A stretch of 64,000 nucleotides of DNA from Eledone cirrhosa (lineage: Eukaryota), in the NCBI GenBank assembly GCA_964016885.1, contig OZ024747.1:65782001-65846000 (forward strand), given 5' to 3'. Below the pieces are notes generated by a model that saw nothing but the letters and a program-made list of their open reading frames with translations, made no database searches and had not been told where the DNA came from. Below, piece after piece: positions 25,483 to 39,411 of the stretch (its first letter is position 1; every line of letters begins with the position of its first letter). Position numbers and translations under genes: made by a program.

Positions 25483-26241
25483 CAAAAGATTAATCAATGC
25501 TGGAATAATTTGTCCAGCAATTCATTAACTAAAATTAATTTTTTTTTCTAAAAATTAATTAACTTTTAGTCTTGTTTTGAAATTGAAGTTTTTCTTCATC
25601 TCTCCTCCCACCCCCTCATCTTCTAACTCTCTTCCAACTTCCTAGTTTCCTCTTGAATGGAGAAGAAAATAGAAAACGGAAAAGAACAAAATATATGAGC
25701 TCACCTCACTTTAAGTTGATTCTTCTTCTGAACGCAGGAGAGCGGGAAAAGGGGAAAAAATATATATGATCTTTTATGGCCGAACATTTCTTCTGGATTA
25801 CTACTACTACGACTACTGCTGCTGCTGCTGCTACTACTACTACTACTACTACTACTAGTAATTTACACCCCACAAACTATATTACACAAAAGATGTAATG
25901 TGTAAAGAAATAATTAGATGCAAAATAAAGTGTCATGGGAGAATGTGTAAAAGTTTGAGTCGATGTGTGTGTGTATGTGTGAGTGTGTGTGTGAGCGTGC
26001 GCGTGTGTGTGTGTGTGAGTGTGTGTGTGTGTGAGTGTGTGTGAGTGTGTGAGTGTGCGTGTGCGTGTGTGAGTGTGTACTTGTGTGTATGTGTGAGTGT
26101 GTGTGTGTGTGTGCGTTTGTCTGTGAGTGTGAGTGTGCGCGTGTGTGAGTGTGTGTGAGTGTGCGTGTGTGTGTGAGTGTGTGCGAGTGTGCGCGTGTGT
26201 GTGTGTGAGTGTGCGTTGGATTCTGGAACCCCTATACATAT

Positions 26242-26297
<56 letters not shown>

Positions 26298-26298
<1 letters not shown>

Positions 26299-26899
26299 CC
26301 GCTTGGATTATCTGTTTATTTTGGAATTTAAAACCGCGCGGTAAAGGCACATACAGTAAGTACAGCGGACCTTTTAACATTTATTTTAAAACTTTTTCTC
26401 TATTTGCTAGACCTTGATTTTATATGTTCTGGCTTGTTAATTTATTAACCTGCCATAGAACCACATTGGCATACGGTTGGATAATATTTGTATCCCTATA
26501 TGTATTTTTTACACGTAGGAACACATACTTTATTATTAATCTCCCCTACGGTTGAGATAACATTTGGTCGTTTGAACTACTGCTATTTCTAGTAGCAGGA
26601 CATTGACCTGTCCACCTTGCCTTTTGTCTTTACACACGGCACTAGGCAAAATTGTTTCTTTCCTCATTCACTCTCATCCGGGAACAGTTTTGTATGGCGC
26701 CAGTTTGTGATTTGAACTCGGGAATTTTATATTCTCCGAGCGAGAAGAGCCTTCTGACGAGAGTCCCCTTCTCAATGAAATTCCGCCTGGATTATCTGTT
26801 TATTTTGGGATTTGAAGCCGCGCGGTAAAGGCACATATAGTAAGTACAGCGAACCTTTTAAAATTTATTTTGAAACTTTTCGCTATTTGCTAGACCTTG

Positions 26900-26905
<6 letters not shown>
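26298..26905 (+). mobile_element. Retrozyme-like partial tandem (484-bp unit + about 125-bp repeat) inside (TA)n
   Basis: 26298-26424 is repeated at 26782-26905; a hammerhead spans the junction. Confidence 0.72.
26747..26834 (+). ncRNA. Type I hammerhead with extended stem II and palindromic stem III (degenerate copy)
   Basis: gcctt CTGACGA gagtccc...gggattt GAAG ccgcgcgg TA aaggc. The other copy (about 26331) reads AAAAccgcgcggTAaaggc, so the consensus is GAAA. Confidence 0.68.
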
Positions 26906-26950
<45 letters not shown>

Positions 26951-27100
26951 GTTCCAGAACCCAACGAAACATAAGTAGCTGTTTATGTCACTGTTGTAAT
27001 TATTTATACTAAACTCGTCCTATGGACTGAGTGCTCTTACCCTTGGAAATTGCAACCAAACTTTTTTTACTTCTGTATATATATATATATAGTTTCATGG

Positions 27101-27154
<54 letters not shown>

Positions 27155-27213
27155 CATATACAGGGTGCGGACGGTATTTGAGGACAGATTTATGGTTAAA
27201 AAAAACGCTCATA

Positions 27214-27397
27214 TAATTGTTTCTACTTTTGGCACAAGGCCAGCAATTACCAGTACATTACTGGTACTTTATTTTATCGAGCCTGTAAGGATGAAAAGCA
27301 AAGTTAACCTCGGCGGGATTTGAACTCAGACCTTAAAGGGCTGTAACTCTATGCTGCAAAGCATGGCGTCCGACCTTCTACCGATACTGCCAATCCA
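27214..27397 (-). mobile_element. SINE family A nested in the maT element
   Basis: Same body as 23586-23765. Confidence 0.85.
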
Positions 27398-27470
27398 ATA
27401 ATAACAGAAAAAAAACTGTGTTCTTATAAAAATAACATAAACATAAAGCTAAATTATCAATTTAATAATT

Positions 27471-28440
27471 TCATTCAATAAAACCACAATAAGCATCAAT
27501 AACTGCCTCTACATGGGGTCGAAATCGTTTACAAGCTCGGATTAAGTGGTCCTTGTTCATATCGGACATGACTCGCACTATGGCGGCTTTCAAAGAATCT
27601 TTGGTGCTATGGGGGTGTTCATTGACATTTTTCTCAACAGTGCTCCACACATAGTAGTCCAGTGGATTGAGATCTGGAGAATTAGGAGGCCAAATGTTGG
27701 GGGTGATGTGAGCATGCAAATTGTCAGCCATCCATTCTTGTGTCATTTGAGCCTTGTGTGATGGTGCAGAATCTTGTTGAAAGACATAAGGCCTTCCATT
27801 GCATACACTCTTGATACAAGGCTTAACAACTTTATCCAGAACCTCAATATATGCAGCAGCATTTACCCTAAGGCCTTGTGGAAAAAAGTGAGGAGGCATC
27901 ACATGTCCTTCATAGTTAACAACACTCAAAACCATGGCACTTGCAGAAAATTTTGTGTGCATTACTCTTGGAACCTCAGAAGGGTCTGCACATAGCCACC
28001 TTTCATTTCTTCTGTTAGTTTTCTGGTACTGGTCAAAGTTTTTCTCATCTGAGAAAAACCAAATCACACCATCTTCTGATGGATTTTTAAGTTTTTCTTT
28101 TGTTTTTTTCTGACATGAATTGATCTCTTCTCATCACACAAGATTTGTATCTGATGTCTTCATGCACAACATGTCTGATTGTTTTTTTCTGACACATCAA
28201 CACTTTTTGCAATTGACCTCATTGATTTTCCTGGATTGTCATCAATGTTTTACTTAACTTCCTGAATAAATTCAGGTGTCCTGATAGAATCAGAGCGTTT
28301 GGAATGTCTTTTACGTTTTGATACAGGTAATACGCTTCCATCTTCTTTCTCTAACTCACACCGAATCTTGCAACCTTCAGAAAACGAGAAATTTCTAAAT
28401 CCCCATGCTTAGCCTTCAAAGCCACAACCACAGCATGCCT
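27471..28440 (-). pseudogene. DD37D transposase (catalytic part intact at 27471-28067, N-terminus broken)
   Basis: FSDEK, FQQDSAPSH, WPPNSPDLNPLDY; 37 residues between the 2nd and 3rd Asp. Confidence 0.9.
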
Positions 28441-28514
28441 TTTCATTTCATTAGTAAGCATAGTTATTTTCATTGTTATTTTCTAAATACATGTCCTCAA
28501 ATACTGTCCGCACC

Positions 28515-28592
<78 letters not shown>

Positions 28593-28597
28593 AAAAG

Positions 28598-28652
<55 letters not shown>

Positions 28653-28654
<2 letters not shown>

Positions 28655-28850
28655 AGGGTTGGCTGAAAAGTTTATGAGATGACCAAGCTACTCTCATAGA
28701 ATGACCAGATGAGGTTTATTTTTCAACATAGTCTCTAGAAAGAAACAATGCAGTTATTAATAAGAAGAGTTGAAATTAATGCATGCAAAATTTCACAGCT
28801 CTAGCATCAATCTTTCATCGTCACTCTATGAACTTTTCAGCCGACTCTCT
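28653..28850. mobile_element. Mariner-type MITE
   Basis: TIRs agagggttggctgaaaagtttat / atgaacttttcagccgactctct with TA on both sides. Confidence 0.8.
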
Positions 28851-29130
28851 TATACATATCGCTATAAGTTTAAAGCTTCTAAAAATAATGGCGAAATGGT
28901 AACAAAGGAGGTGTGGGTTCGATTCACATGTGTGCTGATACCCATCTTTTTCCGTTCAATGGGTTTATATACCCCATTATTAGACTATATTATGCAGTCA
29001 AAATATTACGGCTGAGTTGGCTTGTTGAGTCCTATGAGTTGAAATGATGATATTTTGAAAAGATAAGCAATTCGTCGGTCAGCAGTATTTCAGTATAAAT
29101 TGTTGCTCTTTTTGTTCTTTCCTCCCACAG

Positions 29131-29148
29131 GAAAGATGTGACCATTAG
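29131..29148 (+). CDS. Candidate 18-nt microexon
   Basis: Long polypyrimidine tract + cacag | gaaagatgtgaccattag | gttaga; phase-compatible with the 25028 donor. Confidence 0.25.
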   Translation, partial: ERCDH

Positions 29149-30264
29149 GTTAGAAAATGTAGAAGCACCATCTGTGAGTAGATTCTCATTTCACCTTGAA
29201 TTTCCGTAATATCTGACATCTCTGAGCCAATTCTTTTATTCCATTTTGAATTTTCACTAACAAGATATCTTATATTTAAAGAAGTAATATAAAAAAAAAT
29301 ACACCTCAAAGGCTTTTTATGTACAACTTGGAAATACATAAATAGGAAGGTATTTCCAGTGAGTCAGCGTTCTGAGTAAGAAGTACTGCCTTTAACGGAG
29401 TTCTCTCCATTGCAAACAGTCGAGTCAGGTCTCTGGTTTAAGGATACTTTCATTCCTCCATCTTTCCATTCAAGTAGTTTCGGGAGGCTTGAAATGTATC
29501 ATGGACACCACTGTATCCATCACTGATTAAATAACGTTTTATGTTTCAAATATGTTAAATGTGTCTTACATTAGATGTGTTAACACTAGGACTCTTTCTC
29601 ATGAATGTTGGCTTCAGACTGTGGATATATGTGTTCGTGTTATTTACGAACCAACGACTTTTCTTTCATAGACTAAGGTATTTTTCAGAATATCAAATGT
29701 AGCTATAAGAATAATTATTTTCAAACAATTCTTTATAATTAAGAATCCGCTCTTTGTCACACTTTGATGTACTTTCATGTTTGACGATTTAATTATTTCT
29801 ACTGATGAAGATAGTGAGGATTTTAATGATAATCAGAATACAAAGAAAAAATAATAGAGTGTAAACAATGGCCACAGAGAATTCATCATATAGTCTCGAA
29901 GATAAAGAGATATCGATGATTGAGGATAAAGACATCCGTGAATGAATTGCAGTTGACAATGGTATTGAATTAAACCAGCTGTTTTTTTTTTATATTTTCA
30001 TATCAGTAGATTGTTGACAGAGGTGTGGTTAATCTCGACAATCAAGATTCAGTAAATTTGTTCCGACAAAGATGATGACAGAAGAAACAAACTGATTAAA
30101 AAGGTTTATTGATCTAAAGGGGGTATTGATCTAAGGCTCAATCATGCAATTTCTCCTTCATTAGAACAGGACACAAGCTTCTTTGTGGAACGCAAGGACA
30201 TTGGCTTAAAAAATCCAATGATTACTGCAAAACAAATCCCCCGAATAAAATGTCATTTGGAAAT

Positions 30265-30496
30265 TTTAAACATTTTTGATACCAAATCGCTTGAAACTAC
30301 CCATGGTTCTATGATACAAAACTGCTTATTTTAAAGTATTTTATGTAAGGACCTTTTTTAAGTTATGTTCCAAACAGCAGCTTAATAATGAGAAAATTAC
30401 TTACATTACTAAAACCACCCAAATTATTGATTATTTTCAAAATTATTAAAAAATCATAGTCTGTCTTTCATTAGTAATATGGTAACGAAAGGGTTA
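30265..30496. mobile_element. Possible piggyBac-like MITE
   Basis: Right end ggtaacgaaaggg-TTAA; degenerate left end ttaaacatttttgatacc. Confidence 0.4.
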
Positions 30497-30879
30497 ACAA
30501 ATCCATCGGAGAAACTGTGACGGATCCTCCGTCGGTTTCGACAATGAGCTTTCTTTTGAAGACTGCAAAGTGTGATATAAGGGAGATTTGGTTGCTATTT
30601 CTAATAGGTCGAAGGACTGCGTAGAAGCTTCATTCGCTGTTGGCTCACCGGGTTTTGGTGTTAAACCCTGCACCGTGTTAGTGAAAAAAAAAAGAAGCCC
30701 ACACTATGCACTGAAACTAAACTTTTATATCAGATGTAATTTATATGAATACTATAAAAATCTATTTCTTAATTAAAACAATGATATGAGAGAAGCCAAG
30801 ATTTAACGATATAGAAATGAAGTTGGCACACGCACACACATACACAGCCAGAGACACAGATATATATAGATAGAGATAG

Positions 30880-30996
<117 letters not shown>

Positions 30997-31689
30997 GGAC
31001 ACATAGCCAGAAACTCAGACACACACAAACATACACAAACACAGATACACAGAAAGACAGTCACACACACATAGATACACAGAAAGATTGCCACTCTCCC
31101 AGACATGCACCACTCACACATGAACACATACAGCCAGAGAAATTCAAAGATAAGCTGATTAAATGGAAAATCTTAGCTTTGTTCAAAACGAAAGACATAG
31201 ATGTTAAATGGGAATATGCAACGAAGAACTGTGACACACACACAACCAGGCACACACACACATATAAACAGGCACACACACACATACACACAAACACATA
31301 TAAACAGGCACACACACATACACACAAACACATATAAACAGGCACACAACCAGACACATACACATACAAGCATACACACAGACTCACAGACACACAGACA
31401 TACAAAGGCACATAGCAGCAAGATACTCACAGAGATACACATACGCACAGGCTGACACACATACTCACGTACACAGACATAGAGACATAGAGACGCATAG
31501 TCATACAGGCAGTCATTCACAGACACACACAGACACACACAGACACAAACAGAGAGAGAGAGAGGGGAGAGAAAGAGAGGGGAGAGAGAGAGAGACTCAC
31601 ACAACCAGACACACAACTAGACACACAACCAGACATCGACCCAGACACACAGACAGACACAGACAGACAATGTACAATGTACAACGTAA

Positions 31690-31997
31690 GGACCCCCGTC
31701 GGTTACGTTGGAGAATGTTCCAGTTGTTTGAACAAGGGAACAACCCACTCGTGAAATTAACGCCCAATTGGCTAAGAATTCCACAGACATGTGTACCCGT
31801 AATGTATCTCTCAGGAAGATTCACGCAATACAATGTGTGACAAGATTTACCCTTTGAATAACAGGTACAACTCATTTTTTCAGCTTTAGAAACGTAAAAT
31901 ACAATGTCTTGCTCAAAGACACAACGCGAAGTTAGGAATCGAATTTCACGACCTTACACTCTTGAGTCAAATACCTTAACCGTTAAGTTACGCACGT
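31690..31997 (-). mobile_element. tRNA/CORE-like SINE family B (related copy at 45657-46040, +)
   Basis: B box attcgattcc, tttgagcaagacat core; shared body ccctttgaata-acaggtacaac and ttgtcacac. Confidence 0.6.
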
Positions 31998-32036
31998 TCA
32001 CACACACACACATATATATATATATACACACACACG

Positions 32037-32093
<57 letters not shown>

Positions 32094-32314
32094 ACACACA
32101 CACACACATATATATACATACACACACACACACACAAACACCCACACACACAACCCCCCCACACATTCACACACACACATACACAAACACACAGACACAC
32201 TCATACACACATGCACACACAGACCACATACGAATAAACAAAAGAAAATATATTTATTCAAAATAAAGAAAATATATTTGCACAGCCGGCTGCTTACAAC
32301 CCAACGCACATATG

Positions 32315-32384
<70 letters not shown>

Positions 32385-32504
32385 CCTAGACGCACACACA
32401 CAGGGGCACACGCAACAGAACATAGACACACACACAGTCAGATACATACATTGGCATCTATACACCCACACACCACATACACAAAGACGAAGCAAAATAT
32501 ATTG

Positions 32505-32713
32505 GTTTCTAATTTAGGCAGGATAACAATTTGAGGAGAAGGGAAATCGATTATATCGGCCTAGTAATTCACTCGTACAATATTTTATCGATCCCAGAAA
32601 GATGAAAAGTTAAGTTGATCTCGGTGGGATTTAAACTGAGAACGTGAAGACCCAGAACTAAATGCTGCTAGGCCTTGGTCCGATGTTCTAATGTCTCTGC
32701 CAATCTATTGCCA
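32505..32713 (-). mobile_element. SINE family A, diverged
   Basis: ttttatcgatcccagaaagatgaaaagttaagttgatctcgg body. Confidence 0.7.
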
Positions 32714-32968
32714 AGACAAAGTAAAAAAAAACTCAAAAGAAAATAGCTCCTATCCGATGATAATATAGTTTGCAGTGTCAATTGGAATGAATATATTCTA
32801 TTCTGTCATGATTCTACTCTAAATTACTTTGGTGTTAAACTCATTTACTGAAATCATACTATTAAATAGCTTATGAAATGGAATGGAACTTTATTAATAC
32901 TTAGACGTCCAACCATAGTACATTTACACTCACACTGCATACGTAAACACACTCACTCTCTCTCTCAC

Positions 32969-33078
<110 letters not shown>

Positions 33079-33550
33079 GTAGCCGTTTTCAGTTTAAAGC
33101 GAATTTGACAAGTAATGCACCGAAGCGAAAGATAAAATAAATATGAAAAACATAAAATGAAATAAGAAATAAAATAATGAGGTAAAGCGAATGTTTGGAA
33201 ATAATAAAAAGCAATTTTTTTTCTTTGGAGAGAAGATGTGATTGAGGTCTGTGAGAAACGGTTCGATTACACATGATAGAAGGAAAATGGTGTTTGGATC
33301 AATGTGTCTCAAGCCAACATGGACAGTTGTCAAATTGAATAATTATGATGTTGTTGGAGTTACTAGAAAAAACAGCTAAATTTCCATAAAATCACTTCCT
33401 AACATCTTAAAACAAAACAAAACAGGAAGGGTGATTTTTGTGATGGATTATTTGTCGGTTTCGACGATGAGCATTCATTTGTTCAGTCAACTGAACGTTG
33501 GACTCGTGAATTAACGAGAATGTGGTAGAATATTTCATATACGTCTATTC

Positions 33551-33924
33551 CTGGGTTTCCCAACCTCTTTTTCAGCCAACGCCCCCCTTTGGGCGCAAAC
33601 TTCTTTGTCAAGCCCCCCTCCCCCCCCCGTCAAATTAAATTTCAAATAAGATACTGAATTCACAAAACTTAGCACCTTATCTGGTGTAAGCCGCAGTTCA
33701 AATGGGTACAAAAGATAAAGCAAATGTGTGTGGTCGGGCCTTTAATCACCAGGGTCAATTTAAGTTCAAAGTGGAAAAAGTGTTTTTAAAATTTTTGAAA
33801 ATTTGAAAGAAAAAAAATGGATAAATGCCCACCGCCTACCTGAGCATATTCACCGCCCCCTCAAATGAAATAAAAACTCCCAGCGCCCCTTTCAACACAA
33901 CAGCGCCCACGTTGGGAAAAGCTG
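33551..33924. mobile_element. hAT-type MITE
   Basis: TIRs ctgggtttcccaac / gttgggaaaagctg; 8-bp TSD gtctattc / gtctactc; inserted in an older SINE. Confidence 0.8.
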
Positions 33925-35896
33925 GTCTACTCCTAATGTAATTCTTAAGTCAATCAACGTGACCCAATAAGTAACAAAGCTGACCTTTTGAATTAAAAGT
34001 ACAATCCATCCGACAGGTTTTCTCACAGTTTTCGTCTACCCAATTTTACCCACTAGGTGGGTCTATTCAAGTCTATGGTAAATACACTTACTCAAGATGC
34101 CACGCAGTGAGATCGACCCAGAGCTCTCATGATTGTAAAGTGAACTTTTTAACTATAAATCCGTACTTTTACCACCCAAGAACCATTATAAACAATCCAA
34201 TGGGCTCCATCACAGTTCCACCGACTCAATCTCCTTCAAAATGCCGGGTGTATACCCGTGACTATGTTAAAAGACATTTGGCTAAAGTACAGTATAATGG
34301 GCTTGAACCCAGAACTACTTGAATGTAAAGCGAACTTCTAAACCACACGACATATCTGCACTTTTATAGATAATAACATACTTACAGACAAGACACTAAA
34401 ATAATGACATTCATCATTTTACTCAAACCGTTTCAAATAAATCCATTTCTATTTTACCTTTAATAAAATGAATTAAACTGGATTAATTGTTTATTAGAGC
34501 AAATATCTTACCGTGTGTATAAGGTAAAACGCAATCAATCAATAGGTCATTGGGTCGACCCGAGGCTATGGTAAATAACACTTGTCCAAGATGTTTCGCA
34601 GTGGAACCAAACCTAGGACCTAATGATAACAAAGTGAACTCCTTAACCATTCGGTTACACTGAGTCAAATTAACAAACAATAAACTGAAAAAAAAGGCAA
34701 GATTCATCGAGTACTCTAAAATTACTCGCAAAATCACACGAATGATGAGTTACCAAGCATTCAGTAAAGCCGAATTAATGCGATCTAAGATCTGCTAGAA
34801 GTTTCAATCAAATCTTCTTTAAATCGGAGTAACTGTTTTAAAAAACGAAGGCCTCATTGGAAATACTATCTGTAAAACAAAAAGAAGACTGGATAGTTAC
34901 GGCTGGAACTCCTTTGACCATAGGATAGATTAAGTCTATCATCTAAGAGGTCATACTGGGTTTAAACTCGAAACTCAAAGAGCCGAAACATGTATCACAA
35001 GGTATATCGTCCGATGCTCTAACATTTACACTAATTACCTCCCTGGAAAGTATGGAAGGCAAAGTTGACCTCAAGGGAATGAAAGGCAAAGTTGACTTCG
35101 AGAGTATGAAAGGCAAAGTTGATCTCGGCGAGCTTTGAACTCAGAGCATTTTGTCCCAGCCCGGTAGAAGATTATCTTCAAAATCAGGTTTAACTTCATT
35201 GCATTGGTTTGACTTCTTTTCATTGGTTTGACTTCATTGCTATTTTCTCGTAAATAACATAAAACATTTTTTACAGAAAAAAAAAAAAACGGAGACAAGA
35301 TATATTTGCTTTCATTTTGGTTGATATTTTTGTATATTTTACGCAGTCTATCGAGATCATTATCAATTTATCGATTTCATATATTTTCAACCCTGATCAC
35401 GCACAATAACATCTCCACAATTGATTAAGCCATATTCAATGAACCAAGATACATACATACATATATACATACATACATTCATACACACACACATACACAC
35501 ACACACATATATATGTACACATACGCATATATGTGTGTCTATGTGTATTTATGTCTTTCGGTTCGATATTTTAACTGTCAGAATAGACTCGCAAACAACA
35601 AGCAATAACTGGATAATAAAAGTCAATATCAGAGATATAATCGATAATGTTGCATTAAATATGCCTCCATATCACTACTGAGGGACTAGGTTTATATATA
35701 TTTGCAGAAAACTCATCCACAGGGCGGTGTTTCCGTTTGTTTATGTATTATATAAATAAACCCTTTCATAACAATCGACTGTTTACAGTTATTTTCTGAG
35801 TTTGAGATTTTTACATTATGTATGTATGTATGTATGTATGTATGTATGTATGTATGTATGTATGTATGTATGTATGTATGTATGTATGCATGTATA

Positions 35897-35934
<38 letters not shown>

Positions 35935-36163
35935 TATATACAAGGGAAAACAAAATATCGTTATAGGTAATCCAGTTAGAGGTTGTGAATACTTCTCATT
36001 ATGGATAGTTTTAGCGTATGGCGTTGTTTGACTCAACAAGAGGTTTACGTAGATGGCGAGTTTATGATTTCACTTGTATTCCTATGTAAGTTTATCTTGG
36101 AGTAATAACATTGAAAAAGTGAAGAATAACATTCTCAACCGTACAAAAAGGGATTTATTTACA

Positions 36164-36269
36164 GTCTAACAATTGTTTCAATGATTAAGTTGTCTAAAAA
36201 TTGCTGAACACTAGAAGCAGTGCCACTCAATTTCAAATACAATGTTAGCCTAATCAGATCATCAGAGAC
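36164..36269 (-). ncRNA. Orphan hammerhead with about 80-nt stem II region and palindromic stem III
   Basis: Minus strand: gtct CTGATGA tc-tgattagg...cttaatca-tt GAAA caattg TT agac. Confidence 0.65.
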
Positions 36270-36920
36270 AACTATCCGGTAAATTTACAAATTCAAATTA
36301 CAGTATCATTAATAATATTAATAATAAAGATAGAGAGAGAAAAAAAGAAAGAGAGATAGATAAAAGAATGAAAGAAAAAGGAAGGGAGAGGAAGTCTGCA
36401 GCATCCAAGCCACCTGACACAATATATACTCTACAAGATTGAATAAAATAAAACTATTCACACACTATATACTCTACAATTACAACCATGATACATTAAT
36501 GCTACACATGCAACACACTGCACACTCAACACATGTGGAATATGTTCATCACCGACCAAACAAAGCAACCACTAAAATAATTCCAGAAATAACAAGCTAA
36601 GCCTCATAATAATACAAGAAGACTGATTTAGTACACTAACTGGAATTTACTCTCCTTCCAATTAAACTACAACAACAAAAAACAACAACAAAAAAATGCA
36701 CAATTCTGCCTACACCTCAAGAACTACTAATACCGGCACCAGCACCACCACCACCACCACCACTACTACTACTCCTCCTCCTCCTCCTCCTACTACTACT
36801 ACTAATTTAACAATTTCACTGATCGTGGTAGTTACGTGATGGCTGTTAATATATTTTAATGAGCAATCATTACAATTTAATATCACATTAATCCCAACAC
36901 TTCATTTTGATTGGTTTTAC

Positions 36921-36983
<63 letters not shown>

Positions 36984-37054
36984 TGTGTGTGTGTGTGTGA
37001 GAGAGAAAGAGGGAGAAAGTGTATGTGTGTGAGTGTGAGAGAGAGAGAGAGAGA

Positions 37055-37145
<91 letters not shown>

Positions 37146-37295
37146 GAATGTTTTACTGTTGTGAACAAATCATCAAAGAAGAAAAGAGAAAGAAGAGAAA
37201 GGGAGAGATATATTGTAACGATCAGATAGTCAGAGAGAAAAAAATGAGAGAGATAGAAAAGAGAGAGAGAGAAAAAAAGAGAGAGAGAGAGATAA

Positions 37296-37366
<71 letters not shown>

Positions 37367-37774
37367 AAGATAGATAGAAAGGAATATTTCACGAGTTTGT
37401 TGAAGTTATATATATAAATATAATGCCACACAGCCGTTTGCTATTGATAATAATAGCATTTGACATTACTGGTCGATATTTGCAGATCGACAAACTCCAT
37501 ACGACAACAGTTATTGGTAAACGTAATGAAATGTGGAATTAGTGTACGTACGCCGCACACACATATATATATATACGCACACATACACACACATACACTC
37601 ACGCGCACACAAATGCCAGTACCAAACGGTAAACATATTGAGAAATTGCTTGTTGAAATATAGTAAATTGTGAACTTACACTCACGTGTCAGTGTGTGTC
37701 TATCAGATGCATTGAAAGGATTGCCATAGGTCTAAGGGCAGTATAGATCATACTATAAAAATTTCCAATATATA

Positions 37775-37947
37775 ATTGTGTCTACTTTTGGCACAAGGCC
37801 AGCAATTATCTCTGTGCATTACTGGTGCTTTTTTCTATCGACCCCGTAAGGATGAAAAGCAAAGTTAACCTTGGCTGGATTTGAACTCAGACCGTAAAGG
37901 GGCGTGAATCTATGCTGCAAAGCATGGTGTCTGACCCTCTACCGATA
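37775..37947 (-). mobile_element. SINE family A
   Basis: Same body as the other copies. Confidence 0.85.
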
Positions 37948-38109
37948 CACATAATATTGTGTTGAGTCTATCTTTCTGAGTGATTATGGGCTCTCATTGG
38001 AAGTGTTATGCAGCAGGTGTTGTTACAGCAGCCAAGGGCATAGGAGGTGTGTCCTTTTAGCTCGTTCTGATCCTCTGTTCTTGTCGTGACCAGAAACACC
38101 GGGTGAATT

Positions 38110-38760
38110 TTAACCTATGCTGGCAGGCTTTGAGTGCTTCGCTTCTAGTGTTTAGAAAGGCGTTTGGCTCTAGAGAGTTCTTCAAAATGAGCTATATTTC
38201 TGTGTTGCACACCTGCATCTCCTGTTTCCGTTGATATAGTGTCTGTTATTTTCCGCTATCCTCCAGTTGATGTTATAGTCTATGGAAGTTTCTTTTAATT
38301 TTTAGACATAACTTGAAGAGTTTTGTTGCGTTTCTTTTATCCTCGTAGCAGAACAGCGCATTACGATTATTACACCGCTCTTTGAACTAACATGTCGTAA
38401 GCCCGACGTATCGCTTTAGGTTGGTGATACAGTCGGGGTTAATTGATTTGACTGTTGCCACATATATCATAGCCTCTCTTTTACAGGCATAGTTGAGAGG
38501 GTACGTGACTCTTTTCATGCATGAGCATCCGGCTACATTAAGTCGTCGGGATTTAGTTGTGACTTTGTTTATAAACCTGGGAGTAGAGCTATAACTAATT
38601 TTTAGGTTGTTTGTTAAATAGTTTTCTATACATATGGCGAGGGGAATAGTGCTTATCTATTAATGCTAGGAGGGTTCTACTGATATTGGTCTTGACGTTC
38701 AATGAAAAGGGCGGAGTGAACCAGGTAATGTTTCAACGCCTACTTTCACTTTTTTAATTT
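38110..38760 (-). pseudogene. Degenerate PLE C-terminal GIY-YIG fragment (same type as PLE1)
   Basis: Minus strand ITWFTPPF..VKTNI..LIDKH..LKISYSSTP..CSC..MIYVATV..RYVGLT..FKER..LNTRSEALKAC, with stops and frameshifts. Confidence 0.75.
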
Positions 38761-39411
38761 TTGGCTGGGGCTGTATCTACTTTTCTTCTTAAATACGCTT
38801 GTCTCTTTGGCATCGCTGCAATATATGATGATGATTGATTCATCTTTTCAGATGATAACTGTCTCAAAATCACCTCAACTCCTCATGTAAATTTTCCCCT
38901 CCCACTAGCGACGACTTTTCAATCCAGAAACAAAAGGTTAAGTCAAAACCCACACCCCATACACTGACAAAATTATACATGGCTTTCTGAGGGGATTTCT
39001 GAGTTCCCGTGCGTTAATGGGTTGACCTAATTGTGACTAAAGGATCCCATCTAGGACAGTTTTAAAATAAGAGTGATCCTTCTCCTTGACAGACTACTAT
39101 CTATTTAAAGGATTGTTTTATTTACAATCCTTTAAAATATATATAATGGTATTATAATGAAATAGTATGATAGAATATTAAATTCTAAGTGTTAATTGAA
39201 GTGTTCAATTAACACTTAGAATTTAATATTCTATCATACTATTTCATTATAATACCATTATATATATTTTAAAGGATTGTAAATAAAACGAGTAAATCAG
39301 ACAAAGTTGGAATTCCTCTTATTAATATAATCTTCTATACACAATCATACACACCCGTGTATATTTACCTATCTATATCTATATATATATTCCTATTGTG
39401 TATATGCCAAC

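Larger units (their letters stand above)
27161..28517 (-). mobile_element. Tc1/mariner DD37D (maT-type) transposon, decayed, with TA TSD
   Basis: TIRs cagggtgcggacggtatttgaggaca / tgtcctcaaatactgtccgcaccctg, flanked by TA; a SINE is nested at 27214-27397. Confidence 0.92.

Noticed and set aside
26214-26965. 23-bp inverted pair cgttggattctggaacccctata / tataggggttccagaacccaacg as TIRs of the 484-bp element
   Set aside because: Separated from the element by microsatellites, with the TA on the inner side; more likely ends of a separate element or palindrome interrupted at a TA tract. Unresolved.
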